64,000 nt of DNA from Lingula anatina (Eukaryota > Animalia > Brachiopoda), in assembly GCA_051362555.1 (NCBI GenBank), contig CM120645.1, forward strand, positions 21,018,001 to 21,082,000, in the 5' to 3' direction. Position 1 is the first letter of the stretch. Every line of letters begins with the position of its first letter. Of this stretch, positions 51,354 through 64,000 are shown piece by piece. Both the position numbers and the translations under genes were made by a program. The notes under the pieces are model-generated. The model searched no databases. It was not told the DNA's origin and was given only the letters and a program-made list of their open reading frames with translations.

Positions 51354-54300
51354 ACACATACTCCACTCAGAGAGTTGATCTTCGCGTTGAAAGATTCACT
51401 TACCACAGGCACTTTAATTAGAAGGCTATCTATACTCATCATCGCCATGCTTAATTAATTTATACTTTCAATCAACAAAGAACGTTATCACTGCGCGAGC
51501 ATCTCCCCCAGGAACAGCAATCTATATGTTATATGGTGTAAAATCTGTATAAAAAACAAAACTGTCATTAATTCATAAATGATCACAAGCCAATCCATAT
51601 AGACATTCATTACTTTTAACAGATGCATTGTGAGGCTTTTTTTTTTTTTTTTGCGGGGGGGGGGGGGGGGGGGGGGGCGAGGTGGATAAATGTGCTCTAC
51701 ATACGAATGAAGGGTGTGGCTATGAATGGTGACGTCTTTTTTAAAGATAAATCTATTTCAATCTGCAATGACAAATCTTTTCAAAGGCAGAATAGTGCTA
51801 TCCCTTGTATTTTCACCTCTTTGAACAACAAAAGCAAAGTTCACCGAACTGATGGTACATGTACGCTCCAAATAGAGGTTAAAAGCTTCTCATCCACTAT
51901 TATTATATTTATGTGTAATGTTAGGGTTGCCCGTGCGTCAATAAATGTTGACTTTTGATAGTGCCAGCAACTTGAAAAGTTGATCATTTATTCTACCCGT
52001 AGGAAAAAAGGTATATAATTTTAAAATTGGATACGCTAATACCATTGATTTTCAATGTGCTGAGCTCTCTCAGAGCAAACAAATACCCCGTGGGTGATGT
52101 GGAAGTTTCTGAGATGCTCTTGAAGTGTATAATTTGCCGCCCCTATAGTTCAGTGCCATTTTTCGTGCCTTAACTCCAGTATTATCAAAGTTTAGACGGC
52201 TAGACTGGCAGACAGGCAGACAGACAGACAGATGGACAGACACAACCGTTAACTTAAAATTAGAATTATCACCCCGTCTTCAGCGGGACCCAGCTAACTT
52301 TCGATCAGACTAATTAGATTTGATAGAGATAATAGAAAGTCGAAAATGAGCTATCACAAAAATGACAGCTAATTGATTAATATAGTCTTATTTGGGTCAT
52401 GTCCCAAAGGCAAATTACACTGCAATGGGAAAACACTTATATTCATTAATTTAGGCACTACTTTCAACGGTTAGCTTAGATTACTAATTAGACCAGTCCC
52501 ATCAAGTATACGTTCATAGCAAGACGGTTTCATTTCACTTAGTCCAGGATGGCGAGCCGGCCTTTCGAACTGAAAGTCTTCAAATTTCAATTTTGTCCAT
52601 TATTGGCAATACATATAGTAACAATGTCTCCAGTTTATATCATATTAGATTTGACATACCATTTAATTAACACGTATTTTATCTACTACCTGCACCTGCA
52701 GGCTGGCTTATCGATATTCACGATATTCAAAAAAATACTTTATGTTGGCTTTTGGTTTCTCAGACCTATTCAGCTGTTCTTTTTGTTCTCATATTCTCCC
52801 TAGAATTGCAGTGCGAACTTTTCATTTAGCTCATAACACATAAGCGGATGTACGACTCGTTTTGGACTTGTTGATTGCGATAATTCCCTTACTCATAAAG
52901 AGTCACAGTTTTTATACTATGTAACCGGTGAAGACAAACACGTAATTTTTTTTAAAAAAATTTGAATTGATATCTTAGACTGGAGCTGTCTTCATTTCAA
53001 ATTCCCGAAGCAGTTGCAACCAGACATTATGACACGACTAATACAAAAGGGGCTGTAATTGATCTACAGCAATCGAGGCTTCTAGATCATTCTTTTGACA
53101 CTGACGCACTACCCTCGGGTTAATCTTCATCTTGAGACGCTCCATAAGTTCGAAAACCTGTGATTTCTTCAGAAGTCATCGGGGTTGAATTTCGGTATGA
53201 ATCATAGTGTTGAAATATTTCTCAAACGTTTATTTTGTGTTGGTGAAATGGTATACACTGTTTTGTATTGAAACGACACAAGATATACGGAAAATGTTAT
53301 TTGCGCTGTTCATTTTCTCTCTTAAACTATAATTAAACTAAAAACATAAATCAATCATGATGGAATCAGTCCATTCTCAGCGTGAGCCAGCTGCATACAT
53401 ATCATAACAAACATAAAAAAATAAATATTTTTATTTCCAATAACTTAAACAGAAAATAACAACCATGTATTTTTGAAGAATGCTTTTAGGTGTCTGTTTA
53501 AATATACGTGTAGGTGTCATTTAAGTAGTGCTTTACGTGGTATCGTTAAAAGCAACTAGAGTTTTCCGAATGAAGTGTTTCACTTCAGCAATTTTAGTGT
53601 CTTGTCTATCTTACATTATCCGAGCAGTTAAATGTCCACTTTCGTTGTTGGCTCGAACAAAACATTAACATGGTTAAAATAAGGTAATGTATCCAAAAAG
53701 ACATGTTTACACAAGAAGAGATCGGTTCCGAAATTAGTGGCAGTGTCGATCACTACAAACAGAAGTTCATCAACAAGATAATAAATATATTCCTGTGAAA
53801 ATGCACACCTACCGACTAAAGAAGATTTTCTATTATTTTAATGTGCGGTCCATACGGAAAATTGTCCGTACTTGGGTCGGATTAGGACAGAGCTTGCTGA
53901 CGTTGCGTTTACACCTCAGATATGCCTTAGTCTAGTCTATCCTTTCACAAGGACATATATTACATGTTTCAGCTGCTGGTTTTGACCGTTGTGAACGGCA
54001 AGGCGGGCCAATTATTGGCAATTACACGTCAAAACTGCTCCAAGGCTTGAAGCAAATGACTCGTAATTGAGTAGGATTTATGCTCCGCATGAGACGGTTT
54101 GAGAGCTTAAAACGCAGGTCTCTGGCCGGCGGCGTGTTCAACTCTTGTCTAACCTCTGAAAAACAACGCTATTACAATATCTCTGGCCCTGTTCACTGAG
54201 GATCCGGATAAAGCTGATTTAAATTGGTCTAAAATGGTGGATCAAATGGTGATTGTAATAAGTCTGGGATGTGTGCAGCGCGTCACTGTGGGCACTTATT

Positions 54301-56184
54301 TTCGACCAGTTGCCTCGAGAGGGCGTAACGCCGTGCATAGTCCGGATGATTGCAGTCCAAACTACTATGACATAACCTACAACACTTAGACCGATTCAGG
54401 TGCGTTTTATCTGGGAGAGAAGTGGACACCTCGAGTTGTGCTGTATTTTATATTTACATGATTGCTGAAAGGGCTTCTCTAATGAGGTGATATGCAATTT
54501 AGATTTCCAGTCATAAAATGATTAAAAACTCCATGAGAACACTGGCGTAGCGCTAGAAAAAAGAATTAACTATGATGCAGGTAAAATATCAGATTATGTT
54601 ACAACCTTCGGCCAGCTAGCAGGTTAAAAGTTGCGGTGTCAGGTCCATACTTATCCAATGGTGAATCTGGGCTATCAAGAAAGAGGATGCGTTTCTCCTC
54701 CCCTGCTGTACTAATAATGATAATTAAAGAATATAAAATAAAGCTCTGTGGATCTCAGATTTTGCCTTTTCTTTCTTGTGGACAAGGTGGATGATTTATT
54801 TTTTTTGAAAGGGAAATCGCCCGTTAAACCCAGACCAGGTTTCAGGCACAGTCGTGAAATGTGAACTCACATGACCTTTTGGGAGATCTTTTGTACCTGT
54901 GGGCCTACGGATCACTGTCATATACTTATAAAAAAACTGTTTCAGAATAGTGCCGTAATGTATGTGTATTTTAGAACGTTAAGAATTAATTGAAACAACA
55001 GTTTGAATGACTAGATCAAACCTCCTGTCTTATTGATAATGCACATAAAATTTATATTATGTTATTGGTCCTACTCATTAGTCATACCTTTCAAAAAATT
55101 GCTGTAAAAAATCTTTGAAAAGTTTTAGATGCTTCAGAAAAAGTAAAGGCACATCAAACATTCATACAAAAAGTGTTTTACTGAAAGGTTAACGTAATGG
55201 GACCAGTTCTTTCTCTTTTTTCTCTTCAATGTAAAAAGAGAGGATCTGTAAGCAGCAGATCGATATCTTAAAAACGTATTCTGGCTTTTAAAACAACCAG
55301 CAAAGAACTTGTAATGAACGTGTAGTTTAATCTGTGGTTTTTGCGCATCAATTCTTTATCGATCTTTTATTCTGCAAGGTCTGCCAAATTAGCTGTATTA
55401 TTCATACGTGAAGTGTAATTGACAAGCCGAGATGTTTTTAACAAAATTGTAAAATCATTGAAAATACCCAATGAATTGCCTCTTAACAGTCCCTGGGGAT
55501 AAAAATCGACATTCGGATGATAAATGGACGTTTCAAAAAGAACAGAGAACAACGTTTAACGATAAGATCGTCGTTTATCTGCTGTGATTTTGTGCTCGTA
55601 GGGGTGTATCAATATTTAAATTTTAGGGGAAATTGTTTATATGTACATGTCGCTGTTAGTGGGTATAGATTTTTAAGCGCGCATTTGTTTTTGTTTGTGT
55701 GTGTGTGGGGGGGGGGGTGCGTCCCACCTATATTGTTGTTTCGAGTAAATTCATGTGTCCTGCTGCTACAAAAAGATTCACAAAAAAAAAAAAAAAAAAA
55801 AACACGCCACCTATTCTAGTTTGACCGAAAAAAATACAACCGGCAATCTTGCTTAGAAATGAAAATGAAAATACTGCCAGTCTACAACAAAAGGAAAAAC
55901 TAAATATAACCTGCCAACGGTTGTGATATAGTCTCACCCCACATGTCGCAGATAAACTTGTTCACTGACTCTCTACTGCGACGCCTGTACATCACGATGA
56001 TTTATACGTCAGTCCGTATCTCAATTTGGTAAGCCTGATCACGTCTATCAGCCAAGTTATTTTTAGTTTTTCAAAGTCATGCTCGCAACAGGCCTAATTT
56101 ATCTCGGAAATTGTATTATAGACGTCACTTGAAAATTACGTTTGTTTAATATTGTTTAATATTGAAGTAGAGTAAAAATAGGGT

Positions 56185-56372
56185 GCGGTGTAAGCGTGCC
56201 TTTTGGTGACGTCAACTGGTTTTAATAAGTCCCGGTGTAAACGTGTCGGTTGATGACGTCAATTAGTCTAAGCGCGGCCTTTGTATAAGCGTCAATTGAT
56301 CTAAACGAATCTCGGTGTAAAATGCGTCGTTTGATGACGTCATGCTGTCAAGTTGAGTCTCGGTGTGAACAT
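56185..56372. repeat. Degenerate tandem repeat (about 47 bp) containing three TGACGTCA palindromes
   Basis: Units CGGTGTAA...TGACGTCA; perfect octamers at 56207, 56254 and 56335. Confidence 0.65.
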
Positions 56373-58799
56373 GGTACAGTAGAAGTTTTTAGTGTTCTTG
56401 GCAAACGACCATCTTTTTTCGTTTATACTCCATTCATTTCAATATTATCAAGTTTAAACCCTCTCGTTTCATTAGCGTTTGGGGAAATCTCCTGTGGGAG
56501 GCCTCTGATATTATGGAAAAACCGACAGCATGGTAATAATTATCAGGGGAAAGTCGAATTAAACTGTCTTTATTAATACTCTTCGAAGGGACTGTATTAC
56601 TTCTTTCAGTATGGTATTTACAACAGTAGTTGAAAACTGAAAAAAGGTAATGAATGAAATAAGTAAAATAAAGTAAATATAATCCTCAATTACATAAAAA
56701 GCACCCCCCCCCCAAAAAAAAAAAAAATTAATTAAATAACGAGAAGATAAATAAATATGTCCATATACCGTATCTTACTACAAATGAAATTTAACTTAAA
56801 TCTTTCTTCAATAAAATATGAAACTTTAAAAGATGAAAATCAATATATTTCAAATTTACTCTTTAAGCGCACTTGCTCAGAATGCTGATCACGCCACCAA
56901 GTTTTACTTTCATGTAAAAGCTAACTGACCACAGGTCCGTAAAGACAGACTAGCAAGCAAAAACTACACATGTAAACCTCCTCACAGTTGGTATCAAGAG
57001 ACGTGGGGACTTGAAGTGCATGCTCCGGCAAGTCGCTTTAAAACAAGGGCCGTGAACGCGCACAAAAAGCGCATAAGTAACCAAATTCCACGAATCGTTA
57101 GCGGGTAAAACACCAAAAGGTTAAACGTCGCGTTTTCATCGGACAGCCTTCTCAAAGAAATTTCCCCCATGAGAGTCGCAGAATGAGATGTAATCGGGTT
57201 TCTAAGTTTGTCGAAATCGATGCTGTATTGGATCGGACATTTATATCATTTGTAGCGTAGTGCCTGTGGGAATAGTCAATAACTCACATAGTTTGTGCGG
57301 GGAAATTGTGTATCATTCGCATGGGAACCGTTTTATTAAATTTTCATTACTTACTGCCATTGGTTTAATCTCACTGTGCGGATGTGTTGGATAAGCTTGA
57401 TATTTTAGGTGAATACGAGAGAGAAAAGAAAAGCGCGGCGTACTGATCGCTTCAATTTTGAAAATATTCTGAAGTAGTTAATAAATTTTATTCAGGATTG
57501 CAGATTTGCGTCAGGTACTCACTCAAGGATTCAAGATAATTAAGAGCTGCCATTTATTCTCTTGAGCGATCTCTTTGTGGCTGCTGAAAAGTGGTTAACT
57601 TTGATAAATCCTAGCAACAGACCAACGTTTACTTTGCTCAGCAAGCTTTGGCAACGTTTTTGTTGATTGTATTTTCACTACTTGACAGCGTTTGTCATTT
57701 ATAGCTTGCCCCACTATTTCATGACGTTTGATACAGCGTCGTGTGAAGTGGGGAAATTATTTGAACTAAAAACGCTTATGTGAGAGAAGCCACGGTATAT
57801 TGTTACGAGTCACGAAAAATGTCCCAGAGATCAAAGCCAGTTTTTGCCCTTTTCACGCCTCTCCCATCTTAATGATCTTTAGACGATCAAATTAAAGCGG
57901 GCACGCACATATTTTAGAAATATATGCAGTTAATGAAAAAAATCGAAATAAATGTGTATATATGATATGGTAAAAGATGCAAAGACAGTCCATATGTATA
58001 TGAAGGTGGTGCAAAAAAAGTTTAAGAGTGATAACCTGAAGCATTTGTTAGGAAGGCAGTGTTTTAAGGGCAAAAACACGCAAAGAAAATATTCCGGTGA
58101 ATAAGTTCTCTGGTGGTCCAATGTCATGCTGTCTAGAACCATTTTGTGCTGTTTTTTTCCTTTTTCTTTTTTTCCTCCTTTGCCATTTCAACGACCTTAG
58201 GTGACGTTAAACCTCAATAACCCTCACCTCAGTCACGCGTATAGTGTAGGGGATCTTCTTCAACGAAATTCCTGAAGCGGATCACAGCGAAATCTGGCTA
58301 AAAGGCTCCCATAATGCCATGAAGAGAGGCGTATAAATCGCCCATTACCGGCATTAAGAAGTTCTCCTCTCTTGCGAAAGTTAATCCCTTTCGACTAACA
58401 GGTGCCTTAATTAGTGTTTTCTTTGGAGAGTAGCGAAAAGCTCTCGTGGAGTCGAGGGTGTATTATGTTACTCACCTGACCGCGAAAAGAACACCGAAGG
58501 AACGCGCTACAAGAACGACGCTGTCACTTTAACGGATTATCTTGTGTTGACTTCTTAACTTCTGTTCTGTGCTTGATAAAAGCATTGTGTATCATAGCAC
58601 ACGGGCTCGAGGCGCTGAAATCAACTGAACCCTGAATTTCAGGGGCAAGGACAAGGGGGTATTGCACTGGGACAGAATATAACAAGACCTGGACTTTGTT
58701 GAATTTTTGGCTCCTGATTTTCAGGGTGTCTCGGTGAACTATTCTGCAGATAACATAGCGGTATGGGGAATGTACCCTAATTTCAAGGTGGCCAGGGTC

Positions 58800-59100
58800 T
58801 ACCCTCTACCAGGGCCATAGATTGATTTTTTACTAGATATTAACAGATATGTCATTGGTTAAATAGATGGCTCAGGCCCGTAACCAGCAATTTCAAAAGG
58901 GGGGTTCTTTTTCTGAAAAAGTGGACCTTTTACCATAAAAACTTCATGTACCTAGATCAAATTTTACTCAGAGTGGACCTTTTCCCAGCAAAAGGTGCGG
59001 TTCTTTCGAACCCCCCGTACCCCCTGGCTACGGGCCTGTGGCTAATCTCTGTACTGTGCAAAAATGTCCACAATAATAACTGCGGCCCAGGTAGAGGGTA
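58800..59100. mobile_element. Mutator-like MITE (9-bp TSD) carrying a nested 5-bp-TSD MITE at 58873-59038
   Basis: TIR TACCCTCTACC(A/T)GGGCC with TSD GCCAGGGTC (58791-58799 and 59101-59109). Nested element has TIR CAGGCCCGTA(A/G)CCAG and TSD TGGCT. Confidence 0.85.
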
Positions 59101-62100
59101 GCCAGGGTCAGTGTTCAGCATATCGCAAAATTCAGAAGACAGAATCGCTTTACATACAGCATTCCAGGGTGCCTGAATGAACTACACTATATAGACCTAG
59201 CATAGGCACATACCATGTTTTTTTTTTTTTTTTTTTTTTTTGTGGTGGGTTAATTATACAGCTCTATCTAACAGATAGATATTCATAATAACTAAAAATA
59301 TTTTTTAAAATCTGAGCGTAGATCTGATAAGTTTTAAGGTGTGCGTGTGGGGGGGGGCGTGTGTGTATGTGCTTGCGTACATGTATAAGTACATTGTGCT
59401 TGTCTTGTTTTAAGAGACATCGAAGAGTTGATGTGTTTGTGTAGGACATAATGCATTTTGCCTGTTAGACTTATTTGTGTTTGTAAAAGTTTGCGCGTGT
59501 GCGTGTTAATTTATCCTTGAGCGTGCAGGAAGTACATAACCACAGGGTCATCGCATGCATTGTGAGCTTGCACCTACGCCACAAATCTAAGAATTCTAGC
59601 CTGCAGAATTCAAGAACATGGTCAAATACTTGAGATGCGGTACATTGAAATACACTGTAATACTGATATCAGGCGGCTTAGACAGAGTTATCACGGATAA
59701 GGTTATCACATTATGAAATCAATATTTGTCTTGGGGTATAAAACCAGCCTCACCCTTTCATTACCTGTCACAACTGTCTCCTTGTCTTAAAGTGGCTTTC
59801 GACACCCTGGGGTTCAGACACCTGAGGTCCCCAGAAACTCAGCATGTTACCGCTGTTTTCCAAGAAGCACTGAAACTCAGGGGGGTCGAATAAGGGAATT
59901 TTCGAGGGATGGAAGAAAACAAGGATTTCACTGATAGACGTCATCGCAAAATTTGTAGTAACAAACAAGGTTCGGAATGTATGTTCTTGAAAGATAATAT
60001 TTCCTTCTCTTTGCTTTAGCCTTTAGCAGATTTAAGCAATGACATGCAATATTTGCAACCTCACTCCGCATAAAAATGCAATTTCGAGCAGTGATCTAGG
60101 TAGTTCTATCAATACTTCAAAGATGCAAAAGTAAAATACATTTCTTTGAGAATTAAAGTACTTTCTATCCAAATAAATAAGGGAAAATGAGAGAAATTTC
60201 GTAGAAATCATGGTAACGAGACCTTAACCTTTAAGCTGATGGCTGTTGAAACTTGTGTCTATGATTTGGAAAGACAAGTTAAATTCTAAAATACATGTAC
60301 TTAAGCAAACTTTGGAAGCACTAGCTACTCTTCAGGGTTTGTGACGTTCATTTTAGACGTTTTTTTTCTGTACGGAAATCAGATAGTTCCGTAATTAGTT
60401 TAGCCTATAACCTGCAGTCTGGGTTTAGGAAACTTCCACTGATATTGGTCGTCAGGAAAGAATTCAGTGGCTCAGGGGGCGGAGGGTTCGGGACATAAAT
60501 GATATAGACGTCTGTAACCATATAGTCTTAACAGAGTTGTCTGCTGCAAATGAAATTCATAAAACACATCTTCAAAACGCTTCAAAGGGGCGTCGATTCC
60601 AATCAGCTTAGCTAGTGGCCTTTAAAGAGCAATATCATATCTATTTATCGTCTGGGATGTTGGGTGGTATACCTCTAAGCGAATTTTAACGAGAGGAATG
60701 CACAGATCTTTTTTAATACATTGGAGAGACGAAGAGATACGTGGTCTTAAGTGAAATGCCATCTTGTTACGAATATTTGGACACTTATATGTCTCTGAAG
60801 GATTCAGAATATATTTCTTTCATTTAAACTGACAGACTATCCTAAAGATAACAGGTTTTAAATATGGACGTGCGTCCGTTTTACTCAAATGTTGACATAA
60901 CTCATCGAAGGATTTGAAAATAGAAACTAACTTATTATAAATGAATCCAAACATAAATAAATGGACAATATTCTATGTTTTACTTATACCTGTAAGTTTT
61001 CATATTTGGTTAAAATGATGTTTTGATGATTCTGAGGAGATAACAAGCTATGAAAATTTGTATTAATAACTAAAATAAGGCGAGGAATCGAGAGGGCATT
61101 CGAAATTCGAATTTTTCCTGACTGAGTAAATGTAAACTACTTTTCATACATATGCATATGATATTTGTCAAGCCATAGCCATTTTCAAAAGTGAGCTCCT
61201 ACCGAAATGGGTAAAAAATACATTTTTATTAAAATTAAGAAATCATGGATATAAGATACCACATAGACCAAGTAGATGCAAATAGAAAATCGCGGACACG
61301 AAGCCTCTTGAAACCATACCTGCGAAACATTGGAGGTGGAAAATTTATCTCCACAGTCTTTGCGATTGAGAAGATAAGGTGCAGATGGAGTTTAGTTAGA
61401 CTTTCTGAGTAGGCATTAAGACGTCTGAACTGGTCTGCTCATTTGCCCAAATCTAAGAAAAAACTCTGCTAAAACCAACATCTAATCATAAGAGCAAGAA
61501 GAAGCACAACGTTCGACGAACCAAAGGAAAGTGGTCTCCAAAGGAATGTTGAGACAAAGAATTGGCTCAGTTTAGGTCGAAATGGTGTCGTCAGATAATT
61601 ATTTTATTTTGATTGATAATGAAAAAAATTATTAGAATCGATTTTACTTGTTTGACCAATTATTCTCACTAGAAATATGTTAAATGACGTTACTGGAAGT
61701 TGTGACCCGTTCATAAGCCAGGTAATGTGACAGAACATATCTTTCTCTAATACTGTCTCATCAATTATTTCTGCCATTTCAAAATGAGCTCTCTCTCATG
61801 GACAACTATAGCCCAGCCTTAACAACCCCATACACGCTGAGCTTGTTTGCTTGGAAATTCTATCTCTTAATTGTAAGCCTCCGATCCCTTGCAATGAAAC
61901 CGAAGCCATGTGATCAGTGCTTTTAGCGGGGAAATTGTTATTTATGGGGCAAGAAAGAATCAACCTTGTGTATTGTAACAGGGATATGTCACGTAGCTGG
62001 AAGAAATGTGATAGTTTTTAAAGAAGGGTGATACGATTGGTAGATTCTTTAGCCTGCTGACGTTGAGGTCCCATTTCGACTGTTAAGTGTTTGGAATGAA

Positions 62101-62163
62101 GCAGCAGATCTGCCTTAAGTTCCCTCTTTGAAAAAAAAAAACAATTGAATTTAATTAATTACT

Positions 62164-62167
<4 letters not shown>

Positions 62168-62220
<53 letters not shown>
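62168..62220. repeat. (AAT)n microsatellite
   Basis: Directly visible. Confidence 0.9.
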
Positions 62221-62223
<3 letters not shown>

Positions 62224-63723
62224 TCGATTGATAATGAAAAATATTAAAGGGTAAATATTTTAGAAGTACCCTGTAAATTTCATTGCCAAGACTTCAAAAA
62301 CGCACAAAAAAATCACTTAACAACATGCATAAATATTTACTTGTTATAAGTAATGATTATACAACATTTGGAGATGTGAAAAAAAGCTGTTTCAGACGTG
62401 TCGGATTTCAATATACCCGTCCCCCATCTCCGAACTCTTTCATGAATCCACATAGTTCCTTTTTATCCGAAATACCAAATGAGACAAGACACGTGACTAG
62501 AAATCGACGAAGATGAACCCCAAAGTAAAGATGTCAGAGGTTCCTAAGTTGCGGGTATCGATACACATGGAAATCACTGCCAGATTATTTTCCCAGAAAG
62601 GATGCGGGAATTTTACTGGTCAGCTTCTTCGATTGGAGATTAGAAAAATGAAGCTGGCACGCATCGTGGGCGGTTGGCGCTGGGACCTTGCTGTTTCTCA
62701 ATTGGACTTACCTTAAATCCCAAAATATGGCCCTGCCCTTTAAAATTTATCTTGACCTTAGATACATTGGTAGTAATCCCATTGTATGACATATTTTGCC
62801 TGTTTTATAATAAGAAAGACATACTTTTTCAGATCAGTATTTCGTTTAGGTGGACTTCTTAAAATAGGCCAATTTTCATTTTGTTAAATACCGCATGATA
62901 CAGATTGGCAGATTTTGACCAATTGGTATCAATTTCAAGGGAAATATAACCCCCCTCTAAAACACCGACATTTTCTGTTTCCATATAAATTAAAATATTG
63001 AAGGAATCTTGTTATATACAATTTGTCTCTGAGTTCACTGCAGATGAGAATATACTGATTGCAAAAAAAAAAAATAAATAAATCCGCTGCAGACCAAGTT
63101 GATAAGTTCGATCCAACTAAACTTAGTGTGAATTGTTCCGAATTTAGTCTTATCCTCCTTGTAATTTGCTTTGTAGACAGCGATGATTCTGACAAAATAT
63201 CGTCGCTTGTATGGTAGCAGGGGAATTGGATATTTAGGCTCTGTCAAGAAAGAAAATATAGACAAGAGACCTAAAAAAATCGTGAGTTCCTTAGATTTTC
63301 CGATAATTTCGTCGACAAATGGGATACGTACGATGCAGTTATCGATCTCCAAACGAATAGGCGTTTGTTGTTAAACGTTGAGGTACGATTATGGATGTGT
63401 CTAAGGAGACTGACTTTTCTTTTCCTTGAACACGCTATCTTTATGAAAAACCAATCCGGGTCCGGTTTTCCCAAAATAATTTAAACCCGAAACTTGGGCT
63501 AAACTTTTAGACTAAAATGCAGTCTTCTTCAGTTAAACAAATATCCAACACAGTCACAGTCTTTTGGTCTAAAACATAGCCACTACCTCCCTTAATAAAT
63601 TAGAGGCAATATCCCATTAATATGGATAAATATCGATTTATCTTAGGTAAAAGTAGACAAAAGATTAAACTGGGAGACCGGGGGGAGTACATCGACTTCA
63701 AAAAAAAAAAAAAAAAATGGGAA

Positions 63724-63948
63724 TGGATTGTATTCAGGCACAGCCTGGGAGTTGATTGTATTCAAGCACAGCCTTGGAGTGGATTGTATTCAGGCACAGC
63801 CTTGGAGTGGAATGTATCCAAGCACAGCCCTGGGAGTGAATTGTATTCAGGCACAGCCTTGGAGTGAATTGTATTCAGGCACAGCCTTGGAGTTGATTGT
63901 ATTCAGGCACAGCCTTGGAGTGGATCGTATTCAGGCACAGCCTTGGGG
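63724..63948. repeat. Minisatellite, 8 copies of a 28-bp unit
   Basis: Head-to-tail TGGATTGTATTCAGGCACAGCCTTGGAG with no spacers. Confidence 0.95.
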
Positions 63949-64000
63949 CCAGTCTTGACTGGAAGAAGATTATTTCCCAAACGTAACAGGCACGCGGCGC

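Noticed and set aside
59768-59968. GC-richer segment as exon 2 of the signal-peptide gene (also 58600-58760 and 62513-62716)
   Set aside because: No phase-1 compatible acceptor/donor pair with an open, recognisable plus-strand frame was found.
63724-63948. 28-bp repeats as a CRISPR array or coding repeat
   Set aside because: Head-to-tail with no spacers, and the unit length is not a multiple of 3; it is a minisatellite.

Overview
AT-rich, intron-containing eukaryotic DNA from a non-vertebrate animal; an echinoderm-like marine invertebrate is my inference, not proven. Manual splice reconstruction gives an innate-immune locus. Two tandem three-exon interleukin-17-family genes lie on the minus strand (3492-7213 and 17444-22240). 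A seven-coding-exon TNIP2/ABIN-2 orthologue lies head-to-head on the plus strand (31605-37291, 427 aa, with AHD1/EABR, UBAN and C-terminal zinc finger), preceded by three identical NF-kB sites GGGGAATCCCC. Both IL-17s lack the same cysteine pair of the invertebrate cystine knot and carry a conserved RHVR|Q convertase-like site. A fourth gene is seen only as a signal-peptide first exon (48429-48480) followed by what is probably a >15 kb intron. The rest is dense in transposon relics: Ginger-like integrase, pogo-like PHD fragment, Tc1, two LINE 3' ends, and Harbinger-, Mutator-, Kolobok- and 5-bp-TSD MITEs, several of them nested. Most ORFs in the supplied track are spurious.
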